Origin: an uncultured Clostridia bacterium
Lineage (GTDB): Bacteria > UBA6262 > WVXT01
Length of the DNA stretch: 64,000 bases
Assembly: GCA_964403285.1 (NCBI GenBank)
Contig: CAYOFG010000001.1
Coordinates: 22,183-86,182 of the forward strand
Reading direction: 5' to 3'
This document shows positions 19,649-30,010 of the stretch, piece after piece. The notes beneath the pieces are model-generated. The model was not told the DNA's origin and searched no databases. It saw only the letters and a program-made list of their open reading frames with translations. The number at the start of each line of letters is the position of its first letter. The first letter of the stretch is position 1. The translations under genes and the position numbers were made by a program.

Positions 19649-21634
19649 TTATTCGTATCTCAACGCCTCAATAGGGTCAAGTGTTGAAGCTTTCTGTGCT
19701 GGCCAAAGTCCGAACGCAATGCCTACCATTAAAGAAAAGGTAGTAGCCAAAGTTATAGAGAATAAAGAAATTTTCATTGCCCATCCAGCAAAAGAAGTAA
19801 TATACACAGATGTGCCTATCCCTAATAAAATACCGGCTATTCCGCCGATAAACGACATTAATATTGCTTCAATCAAAAACTGAACCACGATATCTTTCTT
19901 TGTCGCACCAATCGCCTTACGCAGACCAATCTCGCGCGTGCGCTCAGTTACCGAAACCAGCATAATGTTCATAATCCCGATTCCGCCGATTAAAAGTGAA
20001 ATAGCGGCAATTGAACTCAATAATAATGACATAGTCTTAGTGGTGCTTTCTAAAGCGCTCTTAATATCACTTATATTTTGAATCTGAAATGAACTCTCTT
20101 CGTTTTTCTTACGATGGTGTTGCTCTATAATAACCTTAGATACGGCCTCTTTAGCCGCATCAATTAAATCCGCACTTTTTGCCTCTACATAAAAGGCGTC
20201 AATATAATCTTTGCCGAAAAGTCTATACATAGCTGTAGTAATAGGAATAAATACCCGGTCATCTAAATCGTAACTACCCCCTCCACCCCTAACGCGTAAC
20301 ACTCCGATTACTTTGAAGTTGACAAAATTTATCTTTATTGTCTCGCCAATAGGATTGCTATCTCCAAAGAGCTCCTTTGCCACCGTGACACATAATAACG
20401 CTACCTTTTCTCGTGTTTTTACTTCTTCCTCGGTAAAAAATCTTCCCACGGCCGGCCCCGGAGCACCAACTAAAACAAAGTTCACTCCCACTCCTTCAAT
20501 CACAGTATTCCAGTTTTTATTCTTATGGACTATCTGTCCTCTCTGGCTCACGGAAGGGTATGCAATTTTTACTACATCAGTGAGTTTTTCTATGGCAGAT
20601 AAATCCTGAAAAGTAAAACGCGTCACCACCCCTGCCGGCAAAGTTACCCCCCTAACCTTTGGTGGACGAGCCCTGACCATCAGAAGATTAGCACCTGCTA
20701 TTTCAAACTGTTTCTTGATTGCTTCCTTTGCCCCCTGGCCTAATCCTAACATCGTAATAACTGCAGCTACGCCGATTAAAATCCCTAAGATAGATAAAAA
20801 TGAACGCATTTTATGCGTTAACAATGCTGTGCCTGCTTGGCGAGAATAAGCAAAGAATTCAATTCTCCTGGCCTTTCTGTCGGCTGTGGATAAAACCCCA
20901 TCAATTATCTTATCTACCTGACTTTCTTTGGAAGATTTTTGCGGGATTGGGGATTCCTCATCAGAAATGATCCGGCCGTCAAGCATATCAATCACGTGTC
21001 TGGCTGAGGTAGCTATTTCTTTTTCATGGGTGACGATAATAACTGTATTACCTTTTTGATTTAACTCTTTTAGAATTGAGATTATTTCTTCTCTACTTTT
21101 GGAATCAAGATTACCGGTCGGCTCATCGGCCAATATTATCAAAGGTTCATTTACCAAAGAACGCGCAATCGCTACCCGCTGCTGTTGACCGCCGGAAAGT
21201 TCATTTGGCCGATGCGTTATCCTCTCAGAAAGCCCTACTTCCTCAAGTTTTTGTTGGGCGGTATCTTTTAATTGTCGCTTTCCGGCATAAACTAAAGGCA
21301 ATTCCACATTTTCCAAGGCTGTCATCCTTGGCAAAAGATGGAACTGCTGAAACACAAAACCTGCTAAGCGACTGCGTATGGCAGATAATTCCTTATCAGA
21401 AAGTTCGTTAATCTTTCTGTTTCCCAAATAATATTCTCCGGAATCCGGCCTATCGAGCAAGCCCAAAATATGCAAAAGCGTGGATTTACCCGAACCCGAA
21501 GGCCCCATAATCGCCACAAACTCTCCGGGAGCAATTTTCAAAGAGACATCCTGCAAGGCTTTGACTTCTACATTGCCCATCTGATAGTTTTTGGAAATAT
21601 TTCTTAATTCAATCATTTTTTTCTGCGCCACCAC
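19649..21634 (-). CDS. macB: MacB-type ABC transporter (N-terminal ATPase fused to FtsX-type permease)
   Basis: Walker A is GPSGSGKST. The signature is [14 protein letters not shown]. Walker B is [13 protein letters not shown] large periplasmic domain and a four-TM FtsX C-terminus match the MacB architecture. Confidence 0.7.
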   Translation of the reverse strand: MVAQKKMIELRNISKNYQMGNVEVKALQDVSLKIAPGEFVAIMGPSGSGKSTLLHILGLLDRPDSGEYYLGNRKINELSDKELSAIRSRLAGFVFQQFHLLPRMTALENVELPLVYAGKRQLKDTAQQKLEEVGLSERITHRPNELSGGQQQRVAIARSLVNEPLIILADEPTGNLDSKSREEIISILKELNQKGNTVIIVTHEKEIATSARHVIDMLDGRIISDEESPIPQKSSKESQVDKIIDGVLSTADRKARRIEFFAYSRQAGTALLTHKMRSFLSILGILIGVAAVITMLGLGQGAKEAIKKQFEIAGANLLMVRARPPKVRGVTLPAGVVTRFTFQDLSAIEKLTDVVKIAYPSVSQRGQIVHKNKNWNTVIEGVGVNFVLVGAPGPAVGRFFTEEEVKTREKVALLCVTVAKELFGDSNPIGETIKINFVNFKVIGVLRVRGGGGSYDLDDRVFIPITTAMYRLFGKDYIDAFYVEAKSADLIDAAKEAVSKVIIEQHHRKKNEESSFQIQNISDIKSALESTTKTMSLLLSSIAAISLLIGGIGIMNIMLVSVTERTREIGLRKAIGATKKDIVVQFLIEAILMSFIGGIAGILLGIGTSVYITSFAGWAMKISLFSITLATTFSLMVGIAFGLWPAQKASTLDPIEALRYE

Positions 21635-22575
21635 ATAAAAGGGTTAGTGCCAATAATTGTGCCTTCAGACAGACTATATTTTTTTCTCTTTAAAATTATT
21701 CTATCTTGAGTGGTAATCCCGGAAATAACCTCTATGTTCTTTTCATCCGAGATTCCCAGACTTACGCGCCTCTTTAAAGGTTCTTTGCTATTGCCCTGCC
21801 CAAGCAACACGTAATTTTGCCCTTTTTCCTTATACACCGCCTCCGTCGGGATGACTAAAATATTCTCCTTGTCCTGCTGGATAAAGTCCACAGAGGTATT
21901 CATACCCGAACGCAAAAACTTGGGCACTTCTTCGGGCTTCAAATCTACTTCGTAGATAGTGACATTGTTAACGGTTTTGGATTCATAATAGATGTGTTCA
22001 ACCGTAGCTTTTATTTTGGTATCCGGATAGGCATCGAGAGTAATAATCGCTTTCATATCCTTAGTGATTTTGCTGATATCCGTTTCATCAACCTGTGCCC
22101 GCATAATCAGATGGTCGGATAATACTACCACTGCATCCGTGGTAGTGACCATCTGTCCGGGCTGGATAGTGGCCACAATGACCTCGCCGTCAATTGGCGC
22201 CGGTAACGGTATAGGCCGATAGATCTCCTCCCAGTATTTTAAAGACTCTTCTCCTTTGGCTCTGGCAGTATTCAATAAAGCTGCCCTTTCGGTTGAGTTC
22301 ATCCAAGCCAGAATTTGCCCGGTTTTTACCTTATCTCCTTCCTGGACTAAAATTTTTTCAATTCTACCGTTAACCGGCGGTTTTACTTCCAACCGGTTTT
22401 TGGGAAGGACCGGGCCAGTACATGATATAAAGGTCTGGATAGAGCTGACAACTGGCGTTATCTCTTGCATAACTTCATCAGAGGGCCTCTTTTGCTTCAT
22501 CCGTGTTATAGCTACGCCAGCGATAATCAAAATGACCATAGCAATAAAAAATAATTTTAATTTTTTACTTCGCAT
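21613..22575 (-). CDS. macA: Periplasmic adaptor / membrane fusion protein (HlyD/MacA family)
   Basis: The start is probably the internal MRSKKLKLFFIAMVILIIAG, preceded by an AAGGAGAG RBS. One TM anchor and the coiled-coil/lipoyl-like motifs of RND/MacA adaptors are present. Confidence 0.6.
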   Translation of the reverse strand: MRSKKLKLFFIAMVILIIAGVAITRMKQKRPSDEVMQEITPVVSSIQTFISCTGPVLPKNRLEVKPPVNGRIEKILVQEGDKVKTGQILAWMNSTERAALLNTARAKGEESLKYWEEIYRPIPLPAPIDGEVIVATIQPGQMVTTTDAVVVLSDHLIMRAQVDETDISKITKDMKAIITLDAYPDTKIKATVEHIYYESKTVNNVTIYEVDLKPEEVPKFLRSGMNTSVDFIQQDKENILVIPTEAVYKEKGQNYVLLGQGNSKEPLKRRVSLGISDEKNIEVISGITTQDRIILKRKKYSLSEGTIIGTNPFMWWRRKK

Positions 22576-23860
22576 ATTCCAATGTCTCTCCTTTCGCGTG
22601 AATCCAGGCTGCCTCAGCAAGCAAGGCATTTGCCTGAGAATTCAGGTAAGTTTTTTTGGCCGTCACCAAATCATTCTGAATAATAATCCAGTTATCAAAG
22701 GTAATAAAACCTGCTGAATACTCTGCCTCTGCTATCTTTGAGCGTTCCTCAGCGGCATTAAGCAATTCCCGCCTCACTTCCACTGTTTCCACTGCATCCT
22801 GTAATGCCACCCAAGTCTGCTCTAAGTTTACTACCACGCTGTCCCAGGTGCTTCTGGCATTGGCCTCGGCTTGATTGTAAACAGCTTGGGCTTTGGATAC
22901 CTGGGCAAGCAGCAAACCGCCTTCAAATATCGGCAGGGTCAAACTCAAGCCCAAACTATAATTGTTGTTTCGTGGCGGCCACGACGAACTTGTTCTATTG
23001 GCTCCAGCTTCACCGGAAAGCTGCGGAGCAAAGTCGGCATAGGCGGATTTAATATCAAAAAAGGCAGCATTTTTCTTAGCAAAAGCCTGCAGTAAAGAAG
23101 GATTATTTTGAGCCAATACCTCCAAGTCTGGCTTATCTTTAGCTGCATCGTACACGGTAAAATCTGCCTTTACCGACATCGGCTTAAATTCCTTACGCCC
23201 CATTTCTTTACTTAATTGCCTTTGCACCAGGCTAACATCTCTTTCCGCCTGTGCGAGTTCAAAATTTGCCTGGGAAATATTTGCTTCTGCAGTCAATAAA
23301 GCGCCTTTGTGCTCCAGACCAGACTCATAACGGAGGGCAATTAATTCAAGACTGTCTCTTCTGATTTTCACAATGTCTTCAGCCACGCGGATTAACTCCT
23401 GGGCCTTTAATAAATTAATAAATGCGGTGCGTAAATTAAGCCTTACCTGGCTTGAAGTAAAGCGATAATTCTGCTGGGCAACTTTGATATTTTCTAAAGC
23501 GGCTTTCACATTATTTATTTTTTTGAAGCCGCCAAATATCAGCTGTGTACCAGAGACGCCGTATGTGTAAGTATCTGTCGTGGTGCGTGTAGTGGAACCT
23601 GTAGTGGTATTAGTAACGCTCGTGCCTGCCGTTGAGGCATCCAGGTTACTGTCGATTTGCGGATACAACCCGCTTGCGGTTATGGCTTTATCAGCTTTTT
23701 GTTGGTTAACATTCTCCTGCGCCGAGATTAAATCCGGGTGATTTTGGGCAGCTTCTCTGATACAATCTTGCCAAGTAAGCACTTCCCCGGCGATTCCCTT
23801 AGTAAGAGTAACGCATAAAAATAATAAAAATATGAAAAAAATCCTACAGTATTTGTACAT
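22565..23860 (-). CDS. TolC-like outer membrane efflux protein
   Basis: A signal peptide is followed by two repeated alpha/beta halves with conserved coiled-coil segments typical of the OEP family. Its ATG overlaps the upstream CapK-like stop (ATGA arrangement). Confidence 0.6.
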   Translation of the reverse strand: MYKYCRIFFIFLLFLCVTLTKGIAGEVLTWQDCIREAAQNHPDLISAQENVNQQKADKAITASGLYPQIDSNLDASTAGTSVTNTTTGSTTRTTTDTYTYGVSGTQLIFGGFKKINNVKAALENIKVAQQNYRFTSSQVRLNLRTAFINLLKAQELIRVAEDIVKIRRDSLELIALRYESGLEHKGALLTAEANISQANFELAQAERDVSLVQRQLSKEMGRKEFKPMSVKADFTVYDAAKDKPDLEVLAQNNPSLLQAFAKKNAAFFDIKSAYADFAPQLSGEAGANRTSSSWPPRNNNYSLGLSLTLPIFEGGLLLAQVSKAQAVYNQAEANARSTWDSVVVNLEQTWVALQDAVETVEVRRELLNAAEERSKIAEAEYSAGFITFDNWIIIQNDLVTAKKTYLNSQANALLAEAAWIHAKGETLEYAK

Positions 23861-25278
23861 TATCTACTCACCCAGCCTGATGATTTCCCTTTATCATCAA
23901 TCGTTGAAACTTTTCCGACTTCGTCTATGTGTGTTTTAGCGAATTTAGAAATAACCATTTTGTGTTTATTTAATACTAAAGAGATATCTGAAACAACCTC
24001 TACCTTTACTTTCACTATTTGATAAAGGCCTTTATCACTCAAAATATTACCGATTGCCTCCTCTACCTGTTTAGTTAATTGTTTTCCTCCTTCACTCGCG
24101 ACTATCTTAACTCTTAAAAAAGCGTTTTCTTCCTGAATGACCCGGAATTTTTCTAAACCAGGTATTTTAAAATTAAAAAGAATGGGGTCGATTACTTCGT
24201 AATCCCCATTTTCTTTATCAACCCAAATGATATCCCCTTCTCTACCTAAAATTTTTCCAATTACTGCCAGAGTAGAACCACACGGACATTTTGTCGTTGA
24301 CATCTGGACAATATCATTCAAACGGTACCGTATTATAGGTTGAATAAAATTCATTAAGTTCGTAATGACTGCTTTTCCAGGTTTTCCGGAAGAAACAGGA
24401 TTATCATTAATATCAAGAACCTCCAACACAAGTGCGTGAGAATAAACATGGAGAGAATGAAATTTGCATTCAGCAGCTATAGGCCCCGTCGCCTCCGTAG
24501 CAAAGTAACCACTATAGGGAACGCAATTAAATGCCTCAATTACAGCCTTCTTCATCTCTTCGGTAGGCATAAACCCTCCCCAAAAGACTTTCTTAGGCGA
24601 TATATGAAGGATATTTTTTAATTTCTGCTCGGCAAGAATGCTAAGTATCGAAGGATAACCTAATAGCATGTCTGGATTAAATTCATTTAATTCCTTCACT
24701 ATCACTGATATGGGTTTGCGAACCGAAAAATGCCGTACCTCTGCTAAGAAACGAGGTATACTTTTATAAAATACAGTAGAACCAACGTGCGGATTGTCGG
24801 TAAAAACACAGGCCATACGGGGCCTCTTCCTGAAAATATGCCTGATTAACTCGTAATTTTTGTATGATATTTTAGACGCTATTTCATAATCAAAACAGGA
24901 ATCATTAAAAACTGAAATCCATAAAAGACCACTCGTACCTGAGCTATGTATTACTGTATATTTCTTATTTATCTTAAAGGAATCCTCTTCTGTATTGCAA
25001 AAATCAATTAATTGACTTTTTGTAATATCCTTGGCTGTAAGAATGCTATCTAAATTATCCATAAAGGTTTTTTTATCAATCAGTGGAAGATTCTCTATCC
25101 TCATATCTTTATCAATATTTATATTGCGGTATAAATCTCCATAAAAGGTAGAGTTCTGTTTTGCGAATCTTAATAGCCGCAAGAATCTTTGTTGTTGAAT
25201 ATGTTGAATAGATGCGTAATTCCGCCGACTTACTGTATCGAAATCATAGATATATTTTAAAGTTCTTATTGCCCCCAT
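23860..25278 (-). CDS. Phenylacetate-CoA ligase-like adenylate-forming enzyme (CapK / F390-synthetase family)
   Basis: YTVIHSSGTSG is the AMP-binding P-loop analogue. RYRLNDIV matches the PaaK RYRTGD motif. The size and overall layout match the family. Confidence 0.5.
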   Translation of the reverse strand: MGAIRTLKYIYDFDTVSRRNYASIQHIQQQRFLRLLRFAKQNSTFYGDLYRNINIDKDMRIENLPLIDKKTFMDNLDSILTAKDITKSQLIDFCNTEEDSFKINKKYTVIHSSGTSGLLWISVFNDSCFDYEIASKISYKNYELIRHIFRKRPRMACVFTDNPHVGSTVFYKSIPRFLAEVRHFSVRKPISVIVKELNEFNPDMLLGYPSILSILAEQKLKNILHISPKKVFWGGFMPTEEMKKAVIEAFNCVPYSGYFATEATGPIAAECKFHSLHVYSHALVLEVLDINDNPVSSGKPGKAVITNLMNFIQPIIRYRLNDIVQMSTTKCPCGSTLAVIGKILGREGDIIWVDKENGDYEVIDPILFNFKIPGLEKFRVIQEENAFLRVKIVASEGGKQLTKQVEEAIGNILSDKGLYQIVKVKVEVVSDISLVLNKHKMVISKFAKTHIDEVGKVSTIDDKGKSSGWVSR

Positions 25279-25290
25279 ATATTCATCCTC

Positions 25291-27441
25291 TCAAAACTTT
25301 TTCCACATAGTCTTTGCTTTTTGGCTATGAAAAAAGATTTTTTCAGAAAACTTAACTTCTTTAGAATCAATAGCCAAAAAAGAATTAACTTTTCTCTCTT
25401 GGGATTCCAGCCAAAGTATTCTTCCCAGAAAATTTATTTTTCCTTCAAAATCAGCAAAGCGTTGACAATGGAGTTGATAGATAAAATAAACAATATTTCC
25501 ATCTATATTTATTGCTACGCCTAACTTTTCATTTTTCGAAGGAGCCCACTGCGTGCGTAATTCTTCTATCTCAACTTTAGGGCGCTTCCCTTTATATGGC
25601 AAAAGCAACGTGAAAAAGGTATCTGTGCTACGATTATGTTTTATGTATTTCAGAAAGGGAGAGACACAAGGCTCATTATTATAAATAACTCTACCTTTTG
25701 TAATTACCATTTCATCTATATCATCCTTATATAAAGGAACAACAAGTATCCCCACATTACCATTTTTCACATTCACCATCTTTTTTTTGCTATCTATCTC
25801 TACTTTTCCAGGGAAAAAGTGAAGTAAAAACTCATAGTGGTTGGCGAAAGCCCACTGTTCATTCTGTACCTTAAGTTCATCAATTATTATCCAGTATTTT
25901 CCCTTTATAAATAGAATCTTACGGTCGTGAATTAAGGGGTTCATCAGATTAAGATATCCTTCGTGTTTGGCCTCTACAAAATCAAAGACCTCTTTGGATA
26001 TCCATCTCTCTATTGAGACCCTTGGCCATCCACAGTTTTCCAGAAATGCTTTAACATTAGGATACAATGGTATTTTGTCAAGATCATAGTTAACGTCCCA
26101 TTGCCAGATATCTCGTAAGAGAATCTGGTCCCGATTATTAACTTGTATGGTATTATGCGCAGCAGTCCGTTTATACCAACCTGCGTAGTCATAATGGTCG
26201 TAAGAACAATTCCCCGAATCAACAATAATTGGCTTTCCATGGGCATAAAGCTCAAAACCTAACTTACCTGCATGAGTATGAAAGAACCATCCTGGATAGG
26301 CATCAAAAAATAATTGTTGGGTATCGTCTTTATCGCGCATAACCGCAAAACCAGCTTCAGGGAAAAGCTTTGTCTTTTTCATCTCTGATAGCATATGTTG
26401 TTTGTGTCTTCCTTGCCTTCGATTCTTAAGATTATCGGCAAAACGCAGAATGAACCCTAAAGTTGGTGAAAAAGGCAACATAGCCCATTTATTCTGAAAA
26501 AACATATGATTAGCGCATAATAAAAAAGTTTTTATATCTACAATGTAACTATCGTTAATTAAAGGAAGAGTTTCGTCTGGCCTGATAGCAGTCACAACAA
26601 AATCTATCATTTTCTTAGTAAAGTTCATTAATTTTCTGGATACCTTAATTCTATTTATCTTAGCAATAAGAATGGCATCCATGTACAGTTGTGCCACAGT
26701 TATATGATAACTTAACGACCCTTCTGCTTGAACACCGTCAGAAAAAAATTGACGTTTTATTTGTTTTTCTAAATTATCATATGCTAAATTCATCCAAACT
26801 TTAGCTTCTTTGAACTCTGGGAACACTATCCCCAAATGGGCTAAGGCAACTAACTCGTGAATCTGCCAGTTACCAAATTGATACCGTGGGTTAGAATTTA
26901 CAGCATACAAATATTTACCATGGGAAAAAATTGTCTCAATTATAAACAATCTATCATCGGATGAAATTTGCTTTGAATCTTTGAGAAAAAAGTACATCCA
27001 CAACAAATTAACCACACGAATTGCTGCATTCAAACTGCCCCATACAAGTCCAGTATGTTGATCTTTTACATCGGAAGAGAGAGGATTCTTCTTACACCAG
27101 TCGCGAAGCAAATATAAGCTTTTTCTTGCATATTGTGGCTTCCCATAGAGAAAATACATAAGACCTAAAGAATTCAAGAAACCCAGTCTATTCAACTTAG
27201 CAGATTTTTCAGTATTTCTGAACTTCCCCCAATCAATATCATCTCCAAAATGTGTCCATCCCCTCGTTACATTATGAAACATATATATCCTGCTATCCTC
27301 ACCAACTAAAAACGTATGCCGTAGAGCTGCATCGGCGACTTTCTTCTCAAAGGAAGATTCTCCCAAAGTGCGCAATGGTCTTTTTAGCAACGAGGCTCTT
27401 TCAGATTGAAAATAGAATGCTGGTTGCTTCCGCGGTGCCAA
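25291..27441 (-). CDS. Heparinase II/III-like family protein
   Basis: The C-terminal segment HTHAGKLGFELYAHGKPIIVDSGNCSYDH matches the Hepar_II_III signature (H.H.d.lsfel...G..l.vD.G...Y). Length is 716 aa. Confidence 0.5.
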   Translation of the reverse strand: MAPRKQPAFYFQSERASLLKRPLRTLGESSFEKKVADAALRHTFLVGEDSRIYMFHNVTRGWTHFGDDIDWGKFRNTEKSAKLNRLGFLNSLGLMYFLYGKPQYARKSLYLLRDWCKKNPLSSDVKDQHTGLVWGSLNAAIRVVNLLWMYFFLKDSKQISSDDRLFIIETIFSHGKYLYAVNSNPRYQFGNWQIHELVALAHLGIVFPEFKEAKVWMNLAYDNLEKQIKRQFFSDGVQAEGSLSYHITVAQLYMDAILIAKINRIKVSRKLMNFTKKMIDFVVTAIRPDETLPLINDSYIVDIKTFLLCANHMFFQNKWAMLPFSPTLGFILRFADNLKNRRQGRHKQHMLSEMKKTKLFPEAGFAVMRDKDDTQQLFFDAYPGWFFHTHAGKLGFELYAHGKPIIVDSGNCSYDHYDYAGWYKRTAAHNTIQVNNRDQILLRDIWQWDVNYDLDKIPLYPNVKAFLENCGWPRVSIERWISKEVFDFVEAKHEGYLNLMNPLIHDRKILFIKGKYWIIIDELKVQNEQWAFANHYEFLLHFFPGKVEIDSKKKMVNVKNGNVGILVVPLYKDDIDEMVITKGRVIYNNEPCVSPFLKYIKHNRSTDTFFTLLLPYKGKRPKVEIEELRTQWAPSKNEKLGVAINIDGNIVYFIYQLHCQRFADFEGKINFLGRILWLESQERKVNSFLAIDSKEVKFSEKIFFHSQKAKTMWKKF

Positions 27442-27531
27442 GTAAGTTACTAACCCCCTCTCTCATGTTCATAAACTCTTTTCTAATTTATCAGTTAATT
27501 TCTCCATGCCTGACCAATCCCTTTTCAAAAT

Positions 27532-28767
27532 CTAAATTAACTGTTGTTTCCTTAGGCACTCTATTGCTGTAGTTACACCCAGGAATTCATCAAAATATTT
27601 CTTTGTCTTGCTCAAAGACAACTTATACTTCTCATCATTAAATAAATTATTTATTTTCTCAAAGGCAACTTCTGGACTAGTTTCAAATGGAGGAAACAGT
27701 AGATCGCCCACTCCTAACTCTTTTACAATAAAAGCATTATATTCATTTTCTACCTGCGTAGGAATGACGAGATGGGGAACTTCCCATGCTATTGCTTGCG
27801 AGGTTGTATTGAGACCGCCATTGGAGACAAGGACTATATTATCCAACTGAAAAACAAGCTCAAAGGGTATAAACGATGATACTACAACATTATCTGCCCC
27901 GCATATAGTCTTGTGACTGCTGTCTTCTACCACTATGAGCTGAAACTCAGTATTAGTAAATAACTGCTTAACCTTCTCAACCCATTCTTCTGCTCCGCTC
28001 CTATCAATTATTAATCCCGATAGTCTCAAAATTATGGTTTTGCGATGAGGCTCAATATTCATATTGCGTCTGCGTAGTTGAATAGTCACTTCATTAGTTG
28101 GCTGTTTCTTAATTTTCCTGGGGAAGAACGGACCTACAATACGAAAATTCTCAGGTAATGAACAATCTCCGGCAAAGACAGGGACGGTACGCAGTAGAGT
28201 ACAAAACGGTGAAATATGTACTTGCATTAAATCAGCCAGTGCAGACATTTTCATATTCTTCGTGAGCCAATTTAGCTTCTTTGCCAACTGTTGAAATCTC
28301 AAATCAATCGATTCTGCAGAGATGGCATCGAGCCCTGACCTCTCAAAGACATCCTGAAGAAGAAATCTGTATCCAGGCAGATACCAGAGCTGGGCTAACA
28401 TAGAAACCCAAGGGATATTGTGTATATATGCTGAGATTCCTGCAGTTAATCTAAAATCACTGATCATAAGGTCAGGCTTAAATTCCTCTATTACCTCTTT
28501 CTCGTCGGATAGACATCTTTCAATATAGTCACCTTCGGTAATGGCCTCAAACAAGCCCCACTCAGATTCTGCCAAATAACAAATATCGAGCACCTCATAA
28601 ATTTCGTTAATACCGAAGTCTTTTGCTCTCTGCCGCTGGGAACTTCCAATGACAAAAGCAACAGTATGGCCTTCTGTATTCAATGCGTTACCTAACTGCA
28701 TGCAGTCATAAAGATGAGCTTCTCCGCACGATGCTGCCATAAATAGTATTCTCTTTTTGTCCCACAC
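27532..28767 (-). CDS. GT1-family (UDP-glycosyltransferase / MGT-like) glycosyltransferase
   Basis: The N-terminus ILFMAASCGEAHLYDCMQLGNALNTEGHTV is typical. The C-terminal donor-binding motif NIVLVSNGGLNTTSQAIAWEVPHLVIPTQVENEYNA matches (hGG.gT..eal..GvP.v..P...DQ..NA). Confidence 0.65.
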   Translation of the reverse strand: MWDKKRILFMAASCGEAHLYDCMQLGNALNTEGHTVAFVIGSSQRQRAKDFGINEIYEVLDICYLAESEWGLFEAITEGDYIERCLSDEKEVIEEFKPDLMISDFRLTAGISAYIHNIPWVSMLAQLWYLPGYRFLLQDVFERSGLDAISAESIDLRFQQLAKKLNWLTKNMKMSALADLMQVHISPFCTLLRTVPVFAGDCSLPENFRIVGPFFPRKIKKQPTNEVTIQLRRRNMNIEPHRKTIILRLSGLIIDRSGAEEWVEKVKQLFTNTEFQLIVVEDSSHKTICGADNVVVSSFIPFELVFQLDNIVLVSNGGLNTTSQAIAWEVPHLVIPTQVENEYNAFIVKELGVGDLLFPPFETSPEVAFEKINNLFNDEKYKLSLSKTKKYFDEFLGVTTAIECLRKQQLI

Positions 28768-28783
28768 TTATGTGCCCTCACTT

Positions 28784-30010
28784 TTATATAATAGTTACTT
28801 CTCTCGTAAGATAAGTCAACATATCATATCCATCCCAAACAACGTCAAAGAGATTTAATGCCTGTCCAATTCCAACTATACGGTCTATGCCATGGCCACC
28901 TAGTTGCCAGGCAAATTCTTTCAGCTCATTTCCAGAGAACCCATACACAGCAAGCGTTTGATCTTTGAAGGTTATCAGCTCAAGAACATCCATTAAATTC
29001 GGTTTTTCTGTTTCTAGAAAGACTCCACCTCCGCTATGGAGTTCACGTAACTTCTTTTCAAACTTCTGGATATGAACTCTATAGGGTAAATCTGTTCCTG
29101 CAGTTGAAAGTTTGTCTGCCAGGCCTTCAGCGGCATATCTATATCCTGTAATCATCCGATCTATACCAACTCCTCCTTCCCAATCAATTTTTCTCTGACA
29201 TACAATTTTTTTAAGGGCTGGCCAGAATCGGCTTTTGGCTCTATTTATATGTTCTTGTTCACCTATCCAAAAAATCAATCTCGGCGAAGCACATGCTTTC
29301 TGATTTAATACAAAAGCGTCAGTGAAGAATTTTTTTGAAAGTGTTTCAAGCTCTTCTTCAGATGCATTCAAAACCGCATCAGCCTTAAGGGCGGCCATAG
29401 AGAACCTATCTGCAAACACAAGTTCAATGGCCCTGGGAGGTAAAGGGATAGTTCTGATTTGTCTTATAGTTTCATCGCCACCCCAAATTACTCGCACGTG
29501 GCAATACTGAGATAATTCCTTAGTAATGGCCTCTTCATGACCATAACTTATCACCATGCTTCTCTCTCGAATTGCTTTAAAACGCTCCTGTTCTAAAATT
29601 GAGTTTAGCATATCGAGAAGTAGCTTAATTTGTGTGCTTCTTTTCTGAGAGAGACGAATTATATTAATATTACCTACTAGCAGTGATAAAAACCATGAAT
29701 AGATACACACGGAGTCGACATTTGAAGAAGGAAAATGCAGAACTACTCCCCGTGGCAGCCAAATTTTGCCCTGGCGTTTTGATTCATAATACTGATATAT
29801 CTCCTTCAGGTTTCTTTCACACAGCCAGTGTGCCAATGCTGACGCCTCTATATATGAAATAAGTTCCTTATTACTCATAATGGAATTTGAGACCTCTTGT
29901 ATAAATGCCAAGCATAAAGGTTCAAACGGTCTCATTGGTTTAGCTCGAGTAACCCGCCCAAGCAATTCTTGCCAATCTCTCTCTCTTTCCTTAGGTAGTA
30001 AGATTTCCAT
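28784..30010 (-). CDS. LuxC-family acyl-CoA (acyl-protein) reductase
   Basis: VLHFPSSNVDSV, VRVIWGGDETIRQI and NQKACASPRLIFWIG align with Vibrio LuxC HLLAGNVPLSG, VIVAWGGPDAI and YDQRACFSAQNIYYMG. I placed the start at the internal MEILLPK to limit overlap with the upstream gene, but this is uncertain. Confidence 0.55.
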   Translation of the reverse strand: MEILLPKERERDWQELLGRVTRAKPMRPFEPLCLAFIQEVSNSIMSNKELISYIEASALAHWLCERNLKEIYQYYESKRQGKIWLPRGVVLHFPSSNVDSVCIYSWFLSLLVGNINIIRLSQKRSTQIKLLLDMLNSILEQERFKAIRERSMVISYGHEEAITKELSQYCHVRVIWGGDETIRQIRTIPLPPRAIELVFADRFSMAALKADAVLNASEEELETLSKKFFTDAFVLNQKACASPRLIFWIGEQEHINRAKSRFWPALKKIVCQRKIDWEGGVGIDRMITGYRYAAEGLADKLSTAGTDLPYRVHIQKFEKKLRELHSGGGVFLETEKPNLMDVLELITFKDQTLAVYGFSGNELKEFAWQLGGHGIDRIVGIGQALNLFDVVWDGYDMLTYLTREVTII

